Source: an uncultured delta proteobacterium
GTDB taxonomy: Bacteria > Myxococcota_A > Polyangia > Polyangiales > JAFGIB01
DNA: 64,000 bases
Assembly: GCA_963778655.1 (NCBI GenBank)
Contig: CAVZVA010000010.1
Location: 608,001-672,000 of the forward strand
Direction: 5' to 3'
Part shown: piece by piece, positions 35,557 to 44,792 of the stretch
How positions within the stretch are numbered: the first letter of the stretch is position 1
Layout: each line of letters begins with the position of its first letter
Program-made: the position numbers and the translations under genes
Notes under the pieces: model-generated
Seen by the model: the letters and a program-made list of their open reading frames with translations, nothing else
Told to the model about the DNA's origin: nothing
Database searches by the model: none

Positions 35557-37106
35557 GCGACGCGCCCGTTTTGTTCACCAATGCGCGCTTCGTCACGCTG
35601 GACGACCACCGCCCGCGCGCCGAGTGGCTGGTGGTGCTCGACGAGCGCGTGCAGCGCATCGGCTGCGGCCCCGCGCCGGCCGACATCAAGCAGCGCGTGG
35701 ACCTCAGAGGCCGCACCGTGGTGCCCGGCTTCGTCGACGCCCATGCTCACTTCTTCCAGACCGGCCTCGACATGCTGTTCGTCGACGTCGGCGACGCCAC
35801 CACCCACGACGCGCTGATCGCCAAGCTGCGCGCCGCCCCGGGCGGGCCGCGCACCTGGTTGTTCGCCCACGGCTACGAGGAGGACAAGCTCACCGACGTC
35901 GACCGCATCACGCGCGTCGATCTCGATCCCTGCTTTCCCGAACGGCCGGTGTGGATCAACCGCGTCGACTACCACTCGGCGGTGGTCAACAGCTCGGCCT
36001 TGCGACGACTGAGCCTGCCGCAGGGCACGGCCGGGCTGCTGCTCGACGCCGCAGGCGTCCCCGACGGGCGGCTGCGCTCGGAAGCGTATCTGCTGGCCAA
36101 GGCGCACGTCGCACGCATGGTGCCGATCGAGACACGCAACCGCGCGGTCAAGACCGCAGCCACGGCCTGCATAGCCAACGGCGTGACCGCGCTGCACGCG
36201 CTCGAGGGTGGCCGCATCTTCGGCGACGAGGGCGTGGCCACCGTGCTCAAGCGCGCGCACCTGCTGCCGCTCGACATCACGCTGTTCCTGCAGGAGAAGA
36301 ACGTCCACCTGACCACCCGCTTCGGCTTCGAGCACCTGGGTGGGTGCATCCTGATCGACGGCTCGCTCGGCTCTTTCACCGCCGCGCTCGACGAGGACTA
36401 CCTGGGCCTGCCGGGCGAGCGCGGCACCGTCTACGAGAAGAAGCGCGAGTTCACCGCCTTCGTCGAGGAGGCGCACGTGGCGGGCGTGCAGCTGGCGTTC
36501 CACGCCATCGGTCCGCGTGCGATCGAGCTGGTGCTCGAAGCCTACGAGCGTGCGCTGCGGCGCGCCCCGCGCTACGACCACCGCCACCGCATCGAGCACT
36601 TCGAGCTGGCGACCGACGATCAGATCAAGCGCGCGGCCGATCTCGGGCTCGTGGCCGGCATGCAGCCGGCGTTCGAGCTGTTCTGGGGCGGCCCGCAGGG
36701 CATGTATGCCTCGCGCATCGGCGAGCGCTGGCGGCGTACCAACCGCCTGCGAACGATTCTCGACGCCGGGATCGTGATCGCGGGCGGCTCGGACACCAAC
36801 GTCACGCCCGCGCAGCCCCTGCTCGGCATCCACGCCGCGGTCAATCACCCCAACGAGGAGCAGCGCGTGAGCGTCGAGGAAGCGCTGCGCATGATGACCC
36901 TAAATGCAGCCTACGGCGGCTTCAACGAGCGCCGCCACGGCTCGCTCTCGCCCGGCAAGGACGCGAGCTTCGTGGTGCTGGACCGCGACCTGATGAGCGT
37001 GCCGTCCGAGCGCATCCGCGACGTGCGCGTGCTCGAGACCTGGTACCGCGGCCGCTGCTCCTACCGCGACGGCGCCGCGCACCTCGTGGACGACGATGCT
37101 CTCTAA
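35553..37106 (+). CDS. Metal-dependent amidohydrolase (YtcJ-like)
   Basis: GTGA overlap; PGFVDAHAH, IDGSLGSFTA, FHAIG, HRIEH, GGSD, PGKDASF. Confidence 0.88.
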   Translation: MSDAPVLFTNARFVTLDDHRPRAEWLVVLDERVQRIGCGPAPADIKQRVDLRGRTVVPGFVDAHAHFFQTGLDMLFVDVGDATTHDALIAKLRAAPGGPRTWLFAHGYEEDKLTDVDRITRVDLDPCFPERPVWINRVDYHSAVVNSSALRRLSLPQGTAGLLLDAAGVPDGRLRSEAYLLAKAHVARMVPIETRNRAVKTAATACIANGVTALHALEGGRIFGDEGVATVLKRAHLLPLDITLFLQEKNVHLTTRFGFEHLGGCILIDGSLGSFTAALDEDYLGLPGERGTVYEKKREFTAFVEEAHVAGVQLAFHAIGPRAIELVLEAYERALRRAPRYDHRHRIEHFELATDDQIKRAADLGLVAGMQPAFELFWGGPQGMYASRIGERWRRTNRLRTILDAGIVIAGGSDTNVTPAQPLLGIHAAVNHPNEEQRVSVEEALRMMTLNAAYGGFNERRHGSLSPGKDASFVVLDRDLMSVPSERIRDVRVLETWYRGRCSYRDGAAHLVDDDAL

Positions 37107-37146
37107 TCAGAGCTCGCGATTCGAGCTCGAATCACGAGCTCTGATT
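37105..37146. terminator. 42-bp near-perfect palindrome between convergent genes; probable bidirectional terminator or repeat element
   Basis: AATCAGAGCTCGCGATTCGAG/CTCGAATCACGAGCTCTGATT, one mismatch, no spacer. Confidence 0.55.
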
Positions 37147-37209
37147 TAGCCTAGCTATACACTCGGGACTTCCCGCCTTCCCGTGTCTCTTCGTCGAGCG
37201 CGCCACCCG

Positions 37210-38079
37210 CTACAGCGACGCTTGCTCGCTGCGCTTGCGCATCACGCCTTCTTGCGCGATCGAGGCCACGCGGCGGCCGTCGCGGCTGTAGACGGCGCCC
37301 TGGTTGAAACCGCGGCCGCCTGCGACCGAGACGCTCTCGAACACGAACAGCAGCCACTCGTCAAAGCGGAATGGCCGGTGAAACCACAGCGCGTGGTCGA
37401 GGCTAGCCACCTGCATCGAGCTGTCGCCGAAAGCCGCGCCGAGCGCGCGCATGCTGGGCTCGAGCGCGCCCATGTCCGAGGCGTACGCCAGGGCGCAGCG
37501 GTGGAGGTTGGGGTCGTCCAGCAGACGCCCGCGGACCCGCATCCAGCGGCGTATCGGGGCGGTGCTGGGCGCCTCGCCCATCGCGCGCTCGTCGACGTGG
37601 ATCATCTCGATCGGCCGCTTCTGCCGCACCAGCTCGTGCAGCTCGGGCGGCGCCTGCTCGAGCGCGCGCGCCAGGCGCTCCTCCTCGCCCGGAAAGCTCT
37701 CGGGCAACGGCGTCTCGGGCATCGCGGCTTGGTGCTCGCGGCCCGGATCGTCGTGCGCGAACGAGCCCACCAGCTCGAGAATCACCTCGTCGCGCTGCAG
37801 CGCCACCACCTTGCGCGTGGTGAAGCTCTGCCCGTCGCGCATCGCCAACACCTCGTACTCGATCGGGCGGCCCGGCTTGCCCGGCCGCAAGAAGTACGCG
37901 TGCAGCGAATGACAGGGCAGGCCTTCGACGCTGAAGCAAGCCGCCGCCAGCGCCTGGGCCAGCACGTGGCCGCCGAACACACGCGCCCGCATGTCCTGCG
38001 CCGGCGGTCCCACGAACACGCCCTGGGCGACAGACTGGAGATCCAACAGCTCGAGCAGCTCGCTCGCCGGCGCATCCAT
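37210..38079 (-). CDS. tesB: Acyl-CoA thioesterase II
   Basis: VFGGHVLAQAL, HSLHAYFLRPG, RDGQSF, ASLDHALWFH, QEG. Confidence 0.92.
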   Translation of the reverse strand: MDAPASELLELLDLQSVAQGVFVGPPAQDMRARVFGGHVLAQALAAACFSVEGLPCHSLHAYFLRPGKPGRPIEYEVLAMRDGQSFTTRKVVALQRDEVILELVGSFAHDDPGREHQAAMPETPLPESFPGEEERLARALEQAPPELHELVRQKRPIEMIHVDERAMGEAPSTAPIRRWMRVRGRLLDDPNLHRCALAYASDMGALEPSMRALGAAFGDSSMQVASLDHALWFHRPFRFDEWLLFVFESVSVAGGRGFNQGAVYSRDGRRVASIAQEGVMRKRSEQASL

Positions 38080-38195
38080 GCTCCCGGCTTGTACCACGTG
38101 CGGTAGCCCTGCGGCGCACACGCGCCCGCGGTGCGGGTGCAGCGTGGACAAACAACTACATCAAAAGTTCACGCCGCAAATGCAATAATGGAAGG

Positions 38196-41100
38196 GTGGC
38201 GGAGCAAGATCGCGCCGGGGACGCGGCCCGTCCGATCGCGGGACGGTTCTGGGTCGAGGACGTCCTCGGCCGCGGGGGCATGGGCCGCGTGTACAGCGTG
38301 CGCGACGCGCGCAGCGGCCGCCGGGTCGCGCTCAAGCGCGGCTACGCCCGCGACCGGCTCAAGGCGCAGAAACGCCAGGCCCTGCTCGAGCGCGAGTACC
38401 ACACCCTGGCCCAGCTGGCGCACCCGCGGATCATCGAGGTCTACGACTACGGCATCGACGAGCAGGGCCCCTACTACACGATGGAGCTGCTCGATGGCGC
38501 CGACCTCGACCAGCGCGGCAAGCTGGCCTGGCAGCAGGCCTGCGGGCTGCTGCGCGACGTGGCCTCGTCGCTGGCGATCCTGCACTCGCGCGGCCTGCTG
38601 CACCGCGACGTCTCGACGCGCAACGTGCGCTGCACGGCGGACGGCCGCGCCAAGCTGATCGACTTCGGCGCCATGACCTGCATGGGCGTGGCCAAGGAGG
38701 TGGCCGGCACCCCCCCCTTCGTCGCGCCCGAAGCGCTGCAGATGCAAGCGCTCGACGCGCGCGCCGACCTGTTCTCGCTGGGGGCGCTGGCTTATCACCT
38801 GCTGTGCGGGCGCCACGCCTATCCAGCCCGGCGCCTTGCCGATCTGCGCGACGTGTGGCGCTCGCCACCACCTGCGCCCGCGCGGCTGTGCCCCGAGCTG
38901 CCCGCCGCGCTCAGCGACCTGGTGATGCAGCTGCTGGCGCTCGATCGCGGCGCGCGCCCGCAGAGCGCGGCCGAGGTGATGGAGCGCGTGTGCGCGATCG
39001 CCGGGCTCGCGCTGGAGGAGCGCGGCGAGGTTTCGCGCGCCTACCTCTCCACCCCGATGCTGGTGGGCCGCGAGCAGGCCCTGTTGGTCATGCGCAAGCG
39101 CATGTTGTCGCTGGTGCGCGGCGACGGCGGCACGCTGTTGTGCGAGGGCGTGGCCGGCTCGGGCCGCTCGCGCCTGTTGGACGCGTGCGTGCTCGAGGGC
39201 AAGCTGCTCGGTGCCACCGTGCTGCGCGCGGACGCCAGCGACGGTGCGGCCGGCGACTGGGGCGTGGCGCGCGCGCTGGGCGCCCAGCTGCTGGAGCTGA
39301 TGCCCGAGCAGGCGATCGAGGCCGCGCGCCTGTCGCGCCACGTGTTGGCGCACGTGCTCGAGGGGCTGCGCGGCGGCGACGCGGGTCGCAGCTCGATGGC
39401 CGCGCCCGAGCGCGGCCTGGTGCTGCGCGAGCTCCGCGATTTCGTGCTCGCGCTGTGCCAGGGCCAGCGGCTGCTGCTGGTCGTGGACGACGCTGAACGC
39501 ATCGACGAGCCGTCGCTGGCGCTGCTCGCCGCGCTCGCGCACAAGGCCGAGCGGCACGGTCTGCTGCTGGCGCTGGCCATCAACCGCGAAGGCGCTGTGG
39601 AGCGGGCGACCTCGGTCGCCCTGCTGCGCTCGCTGGGCGACTCGATCGTGCTCGAGCAGCTCGAGCCCGAGCAGAGCCAAGCCCTGGTGCGCTCGGTGTT
39701 CGGCGAGGTGGCCAATCTGCAGCTGGTGGCCGGGCGCATTCATGCGCTCTCGCATGGCAATCCTCGCGACACCATGGAGCTGGCCCAGCACCTGGTCGAC
39801 CGCGGCCTGGCACGCTACGAGGCCGGCAGCTGGTCGCTGCCGCGCGCGCTCGACGAGGGCGAGCTGCCGAGCTCACTTTCGGCCTCGCTGGCACAAAGGC
39901 TGAGCGCGCTTTCTCCCGACGCGCGCGAGCTGTGCGAGCTGCTGGCGCTAGGCGACGGCGACGCGCTGGAGCTCGGCGACTACCCCGCGCTGACCCAGCA
40001 CGCCGACGGCGCACGCGTGTTTCACGCGCTCGACGAGCTGGTCGCCGCGCGCGTGCTGGTCGCGGACGCCGAACGCTATCGCTTCCGCCAGCGCGGCTTC
40101 GTCCCGGTGCTTCAGGACGGCCTGTCGCCGCAGCGGCGGCGCGCGCTGCACGATCGGCTGGCGTGCTTGCTGGGCAAGCGGGCCGGTAGCCCGGTGCGGC
40201 TCGCCTACCACCTGCTGCACGCCGGTCGCGAGCGCGAAGGCGTGGAGCTTCTGGCCGCCTGCGAGCTGCACACGCGAGCGCCGGAAGTGGCGCTTGCGGA
40301 GCTCGCGTTGGAGGCCGCCGAGCGGCTGCAGATGCCGGCGCGCGTCTGCTATCAGCTGCGCCAGGCAGTGGTGTTCAGGGCACCGCTGGTGATGGCGGTC
40401 GCAAGCTTCCAGCGCCAGGTGCCGGAAGTGCTCGCGCGGCTCGAGCACGACAGCGGGCTCGCGTTCTGGCGCGAGCTTGCGCAGCTCTCGCCGGGCGAGC
40501 GCCTGGGACAGGCGCTGACGCGCGCACAGGAGCGTTACGAAGCCACGCCCGAGCGCGAGCGCGTGTATTCGCCGATGGACGCGATCCGCGAGCTGGCGCG
40601 CTTCTGCGCCAGCTCCTGTGCGCTCGGCATGCAGCTGTTCGACCTCGCGTTTCTCGAGTCGCTTCCCTCGCTCGAGCCGCTGCGCGCGCTGAGCCCGGCG
40701 CTGGCCGCAGTCGCGCAGCTGGTGCAGGCCTGCAAGGACACGCTGGGCGGGCGCACGCTGCTGGCCCAGACGGCTCACGAGCAGGTGCTGCGGCGCCTGG
40801 CCGAGCCTGATCGCGGCGGGTTCGACCAGACCTACCACCGCGGCATCCACCTTGCGATCCACTACCTGATCGGCTTGCTCAAGGCGTCGATGGGCATCGC
40901 GGGCGCCGAGGAGCACGCCCAGCTGCTCGAGGCCGATCGCGAGCACCGCGTCAATGCCTGGCGCGTGCGCGTGTCGCTGCACCTCAACCAAGGCAACGCC
41001 GAGGAAGCGCGCAAGGCACAGCGGCGCGCGGAGCTGTTGCAGTTGCAGGAGGGCGCGGCACAGCGCTACATCGGAACCAGCGTCGGCTTCGAGCTGGTGG

Positions 41101-42248
41101 CCCACGCGGTCGCCTCCGACCTGCTTGGCGTCAAGAGCGCGCTCGACGGGGTGGCGGAGCTGGCACAGCACTATCCGGGCTGGCGCCCGACCTGGCTGCT
41201 CGGCCAGGCCTACTACCGGAGGCTGCAAGGCGATCTCGAAGGCGCGCTCGAGCCGCTGTTGCAAGGGTTGCAGCTGGCGCCGGCCGGCCGCCATCCCCAT
41301 TTCTGTTACCTCGCCGCCGCGCACGTCGAAGTGCTAAGCGAGCTCGGGCGCCACGAGCAGGCGATCGCGATCGGGGGCGCCTACCTCGAGCTCTGCCGCA
41401 GCGAGCGCCTGGCGGCCAGCGACCGCTGGGTTCAGCAAGCCGCGGCGCGGGCGCTGGCACGCGGCGGCGAGCACGCGGCCGCGCTGGTGCTGATGGACGA
41501 GGCCATCGCCAGCAGCGAGGCCCTGGGCATCGGCGGGCTGTCGCTCGGCTCGCTGTACGAGACCCGCGCGCGGATCGCGATCTGGACCGGCGACCGCGAG
41601 AGCTTCGAGCGCTGCGCCGAGCGCTGCGCGGCCGAGTACAAGAAGGGCCGCAACCCCGCGTTGAGCGCCAAGTTCGCGCGCCTGATGGACGAGGCGCGCG
41701 CGCGCGACGTCGAGCCTGTGGGACCAGTGCCCGAGGCCAGCGCCCTGCTGGCGATGTCGCAGACCGAGTCCGGCTTCGAGACCGTCCAGAGCCGCATGCT
41801 CGAATGCCTGGATCCCGACGATCGCGCGCGCTGCGCGCTCACCATCCTGCTGCAGAGCATGGACAGCCACGCCGGACACCTTTACGGGGTGCACGCTGGC
41901 GGCCAGCTCAAGGCGCTCGCCTCGCTGCCCGAAAGCGATGCGGATCCGCAGCTCGGACGCTGGCTCGAGGCCTCGCTCTGGCTCGAGCTCGAATCGCAGG
42001 TGAGCGCGACCGCGGACGGCGAGGACGACGGGCGTGGCGCGGGCGTGCCCACGCGCTACACCGACGGCGAGGGCCGCAGCTTCGAGCCGATCTTTCTCAG
42101 CACGCGCGACCGCGAGGGTGAGCGCATCGCCGCCGTGCTCGCGCTGCAGGTCGCCTCTGGCCTGCGCGGTCCGCGCCCCAAGCAGCTGATCGCCGAAATC
42201 GCGGCGCAGCTGCTGGAGCACGGCGATGTCGCCGGCGTCGTGCTCTGA
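38196..42248 (+). CDS. Ser/Thr protein kinase fused to AAA/STAND-like ATPase and helical repeats
   Basis: LGRGGMG, VALK, HRDVSTRNV, DFG, GTPPFVAPE; LVGRE, GVAGSGRS, LLVVDD, SHGNP. Confidence 0.88.
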   Translation: MAEQDRAGDAARPIAGRFWVEDVLGRGGMGRVYSVRDARSGRRVALKRGYARDRLKAQKRQALLEREYHTLAQLAHPRIIEVYDYGIDEQGPYYTMELLDGADLDQRGKLAWQQACGLLRDVASSLAILHSRGLLHRDVSTRNVRCTADGRAKLIDFGAMTCMGVAKEVAGTPPFVAPEALQMQALDARADLFSLGALAYHLLCGRHAYPARRLADLRDVWRSPPPAPARLCPELPAALSDLVMQLLALDRGARPQSAAEVMERVCAIAGLALEERGEVSRAYLSTPMLVGREQALLVMRKRMLSLVRGDGGTLLCEGVAGSGRSRLLDACVLEGKLLGATVLRADASDGAAGDWGVARALGAQLLELMPEQAIEAARLSRHVLAHVLEGLRGGDAGRSSMAAPERGLVLRELRDFVLALCQGQRLLLVVDDAERIDEPSLALLAALAHKAERHGLLLALAINREGAVERATSVALLRSLGDSIVLEQLEPEQSQALVRSVFGEVANLQLVAGRIHALSHGNPRDTMELAQHLVDRGLARYEAGSWSLPRALDEGELPSSLSASLAQRLSALSPDARELCELLALGDGDALELGDYPALTQHADGARVFHALDELVAARVLVADAERYRFRQRGFVPVLQDGLSPQRRRALHDRLACLLGKRAGSPVRLAYHLLHAGREREGVELLAACELHTRAPEVALAELALEAAERLQMPARVCYQLRQAVVFRAPLVMAVASFQRQVPEVLARLEHDSGLAFWRELAQLSPGERLGQALTRAQERYEATPERERVYSPMDAIRELARFCASSCALGMQLFDLAFLESLPSLEPLRALSPALAAVAQLVQACKDTLGGRTLLAQTAHEQVLRRLAEPDRGGFDQTYHRGIHLAIHYLIGLLKASMGIAGAEEHAQLLEADREHRVNAWRVRVSLHLNQGNAEEARKAQRRAELLQLQEGAAQRYIGTSVGFELVAHAVASDLLGVKSALDGVAELAQHYPGWRPTWLLGQAYYRRLQGDLEGALEPLLQGLQLAPAGRHPHFCYLAAAHVEVLSELGRHEQAIAIGGAYLELCRSERLAASDRWVQQAAARALARGGEHAAALVLMDEAIASSEALGIGGLSLGSLYETRARIAIWTGDRESFERCAERCAAEYKKGRNPALSAKFARLMDEARARDVEPVGPVPEASALLAMSQTESGFETVQSRMLECLDPDDRARCALTILLQSMDSHAGHLYGVHAGGQLKALASLPESDADPQLGRWLEASLWLELESQVSATADGEDDGRGAGVPTRYTDGEGRSFEPIFLSTRDREGERIAAVLALQVASGLRGPRPKQLIAEIAAQLLEHGDVAGVVL

Positions 42249-42284
42249 GATCGCGCGGCGGGTTTCCGCGAACGCTGGCCGCGC

Positions 42285-43373
42285 TCAGTTGGCCTGACGG
42301 AAGCGCTGCATGAGCTCGGCCAGTTTCTGCGCGGCCTCGACCGGGACCGCGTTGTAGATCGAGGCGCGGATGCCGCCGACCAGACGATGGCCCTTGAGCC
42401 CGACCAGCCCGGCCTTGGCCGCCTCGGCCACGAACTTGGCGTCGAGCTCCTCGTTGGGCAAGCGGAACACCACGTTCATGACCGAGCGCGAGGCCTTCTC
42501 GGCCGGGCCGGTGTAGTAGCCGTCCGAGCCGTCGATCGCCGCGTACAGGATCTCCGCCTTCTTGCGGTTGCGCTTCTCCATCTCCACGACGCCGCCTTGC
42601 TCCTTCACCCAGCTCAGCACGTTGCGGATCATGTACACGGTGAAGGTGGTGATGGTGTTCTGCAGGCTGTTGTTCTTGGCGATTTCCGCGTAGCGGAAGA
42701 TGTTGGGCAGATCGGTGCGCCCCTTCTCGATCAGATCTTTGCGAATGATGACCGCGGTGATGCCGGCCGGGCCCATGTTCTTCTGGGCGCCGGCGTAGAT
42801 CAGGCCGAGCTTGGACACGTCGGTCGGGCGCGACAAGATGTCGCTCGACATGTCGACCACCAGCGGCACGCTGCCGGTATTGGGGTACTCGACGAATTGC
42901 GTACCCATGATGGTGTTGTTGCTGGTGATGTGCACGTAGGGGGCGTCAGCGCTCAGCTTGAGCTCGCTCTGCTTGGGCACGCGCGTCCAGCGGCCGTCCT
43001 TGCTCTCGTCCCAGGCCACGTGGGGCTTGCCCACGATCTTCGCCTCGGCGTAGGCCTTCTTGCCCCAGCTGTCGGTGATCACGTAGTCGCCGGCGTGGCT
43101 GTCGGTACGCAGGTTCATCGGCACCAGCGCGAACTGCGCGGTGGCGCCGCCCTGCATGAACAGCACCTGATGGCTGTCGGGAATAGCCAGCAGCTCGGTC
43201 AGCAACGAGATCGCCTCGTTGTGCACCTTCTCGTAAGCCTTGCCGCGGTGGCTGTGCTCGAGGATCGACATGCCGGTGCCTTCGAAATCGAGCAGCTCCT
43301 TCTGCGCGCGCTCGAGCACAGGCAAGGGCAGCGCGGAGGGACCGGCGTTGAAATTCATGTGCCTGGTGACCAT
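42285..43373 (-). CDS. serC: Phosphoserine aminotransferase
   Basis: NFNAGPS, SHRG, QGGATAQF, DMSS, AGAQKN, KGHR, GGIRASIYN. Confidence 0.96.
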   Translation of the reverse strand: MVTRHMNFNAGPSALPLPVLERAQKELLDFEGTGMSILEHSHRGKAYEKVHNEAISLLTELLAIPDSHQVLFMQGGATAQFALVPMNLRTDSHAGDYVITDSWGKKAYAEAKIVGKPHVAWDESKDGRWTRVPKQSELKLSADAPYVHITSNNTIMGTQFVEYPNTGSVPLVVDMSSDILSRPTDVSKLGLIYAGAQKNMGPAGITAVIIRKDLIEKGRTDLPNIFRYAEIAKNNSLQNTITTFTVYMIRNVLSWVKEQGGVVEMEKRNRKKAEILYAAIDGSDGYYTGPAEKASRSVMNVVFRLPNEELDAKFVAEAAKAGLVGLKGHRLVGGIRASIYNAVPVEAAQKLAELMQRFRQAN

Positions 43374-43507
43374 GGGCGCGCAGCGTAGCGATCTTCGGGC
43401 GAGGAGCAAGTCCAAGCGCGCGGACGTCACCGCTGCGGCTTTGCTCCAAGGCTGAAACCACCCGGCCGGTCGGGACTTTTCGCCCCACAAGCGGCTGCGG
43501 CCGCGCT

Positions 43508-44677
43508 TCAGCTGGGCGGCTTGGGTGGCGGCAGCGGCGGCAGGTCCACGCAGCCGAAGGCGATAGCGATCTTGTCGTACTCGCCTTGCTTGGCCAGGTC
43601 GCAGAACACGCCCTGCAGCACGATCTCGCTCAGGTCCGGCGTCAGCGTCCAGCCGCCGCCCGAGCCGAGGTCGCGCCCCACGTCTTGCTTGACGCCACCC
43701 TGCACGACCACCAAGTGGACGTCGTCGGGATTGGGCGGCGCCATCGGCAGCCCGATCGTGCAGCTGTCGAAGTTGGTCGTGACCTGTTCGCTCACGATCT
43801 TGGCGATCTCGGCCTGCAGGGCCATCGGATCACTCGGGTCCACGTAGTTGAATGTGCCGCCCGAGGTGGCAATGGCGTTGAGGCGGTCGGTGGCGCCAGC
43901 AACTCCCGGCAGGCCGAGCACGTGGGTCTGCACGCCCATCGTCAGCCAGCTGGCGACCGTCTGGTTGACCTGCGTGTCGTCGGTGTTGCAGTTGGGATCG
44001 CCGTCGGTGATCAGCACGACCGTGGTGTTGCCGACCAACGTCGGCAGCGCGGCCATCAACGCGGCGTCCGCGACCATGGTGGCGGTGCCGGTGGGCGTGC
44101 GGCCGTTCGGTCCGTTGGCCATCGTGAAGGTGTTCCACGCGCTGATGAAGTCCGGGCCGGGCATGAACGCGATCTGCAGCGTGCTGTCGATCGGGTCGAC
44201 AGCGCACTGGTCCGCGCCGTTGGGGAAGAAGATCGCACCGGCGGTGATCTGATCCTGCAGCGGCGTCAGCGCCTGGATCAGCGCCTGCGTGGCCACAGTC
44301 CACTTCGACTGACCGGTCGTCCAGGGGTCGTTCATGCTGCCCGACTTGTCGAAGACCACCAGCACGTTGCCGGGCACGGTCGTCATCTTGATCTCCGGCT
44401 CGACCTCGACCGAGCCGCACTGGTTCTGATCGGGCGGCAGCCCGCCCGCGTCGACGACGGCGGCGTCGGGATGCGTGCTGAGCTGCGGTTGCGCGTCGGT
44501 GTTGCCGAAGCCCGTGCCCTGGCCCCCTCCGCCCGAACCGGCGTCTTTGTTGCTCGAGCCAACCTTGGGCACGATGGTGCCGCTCTTGGTGTCCCGCCCG
44601 GCATCACCCGAGGCTCCGCTGCAGCCGGCCAGCGCCAGCAACAGCACGCCCGTCCCCAGTGTCCCCGAAATCCGCAT
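43508..44677 (-). CDS. VWA domain lipoprotein
   Basis: LAGC lipobox, FDKSGSM (MIDAS DxSxS), TPT, LITDGDPNC. Confidence 0.82.
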   Translation of the reverse strand: MRISGTLGTGVLLLALAGCSGASGDAGRDTKSGTIVPKVGSSNKDAGSGGGGQGTGFGNTDAQPQLSTHPDAAVVDAGGLPPDQNQCGSVEVEPEIKMTTVPGNVLVVFDKSGSMNDPWTTGQSKWTVATQALIQALTPLQDQITAGAIFFPNGADQCAVDPIDSTLQIAFMPGPDFISAWNTFTMANGPNGRTPTGTATMVADAALMAALPTLVGNTTVVLITDGDPNCNTDDTQVNQTVASWLTMGVQTHVLGLPGVAGATDRLNAIATSGGTFNYVDPSDPMALQAEIAKIVSEQVTTNFDSCTIGLPMAPPNPDDVHLVVVQGGVKQDVGRDLGSGGGWTLTPDLSEIVLQGVFCDLAKQGEYDKIAIAFGCVDLPPLPPPKPPS

Positions 44678-44792
44678 CCGCCGTCCTCCGTCCCGCGCCG
44701 CGCGCTCGGCCTGATCCCGCCTTGTTAGCGTAGTACCCGCGCGACGCGCAGGCGAGTCACCCCGCGCCGGGCGGGCCCGGCCTCGCGCGCGT

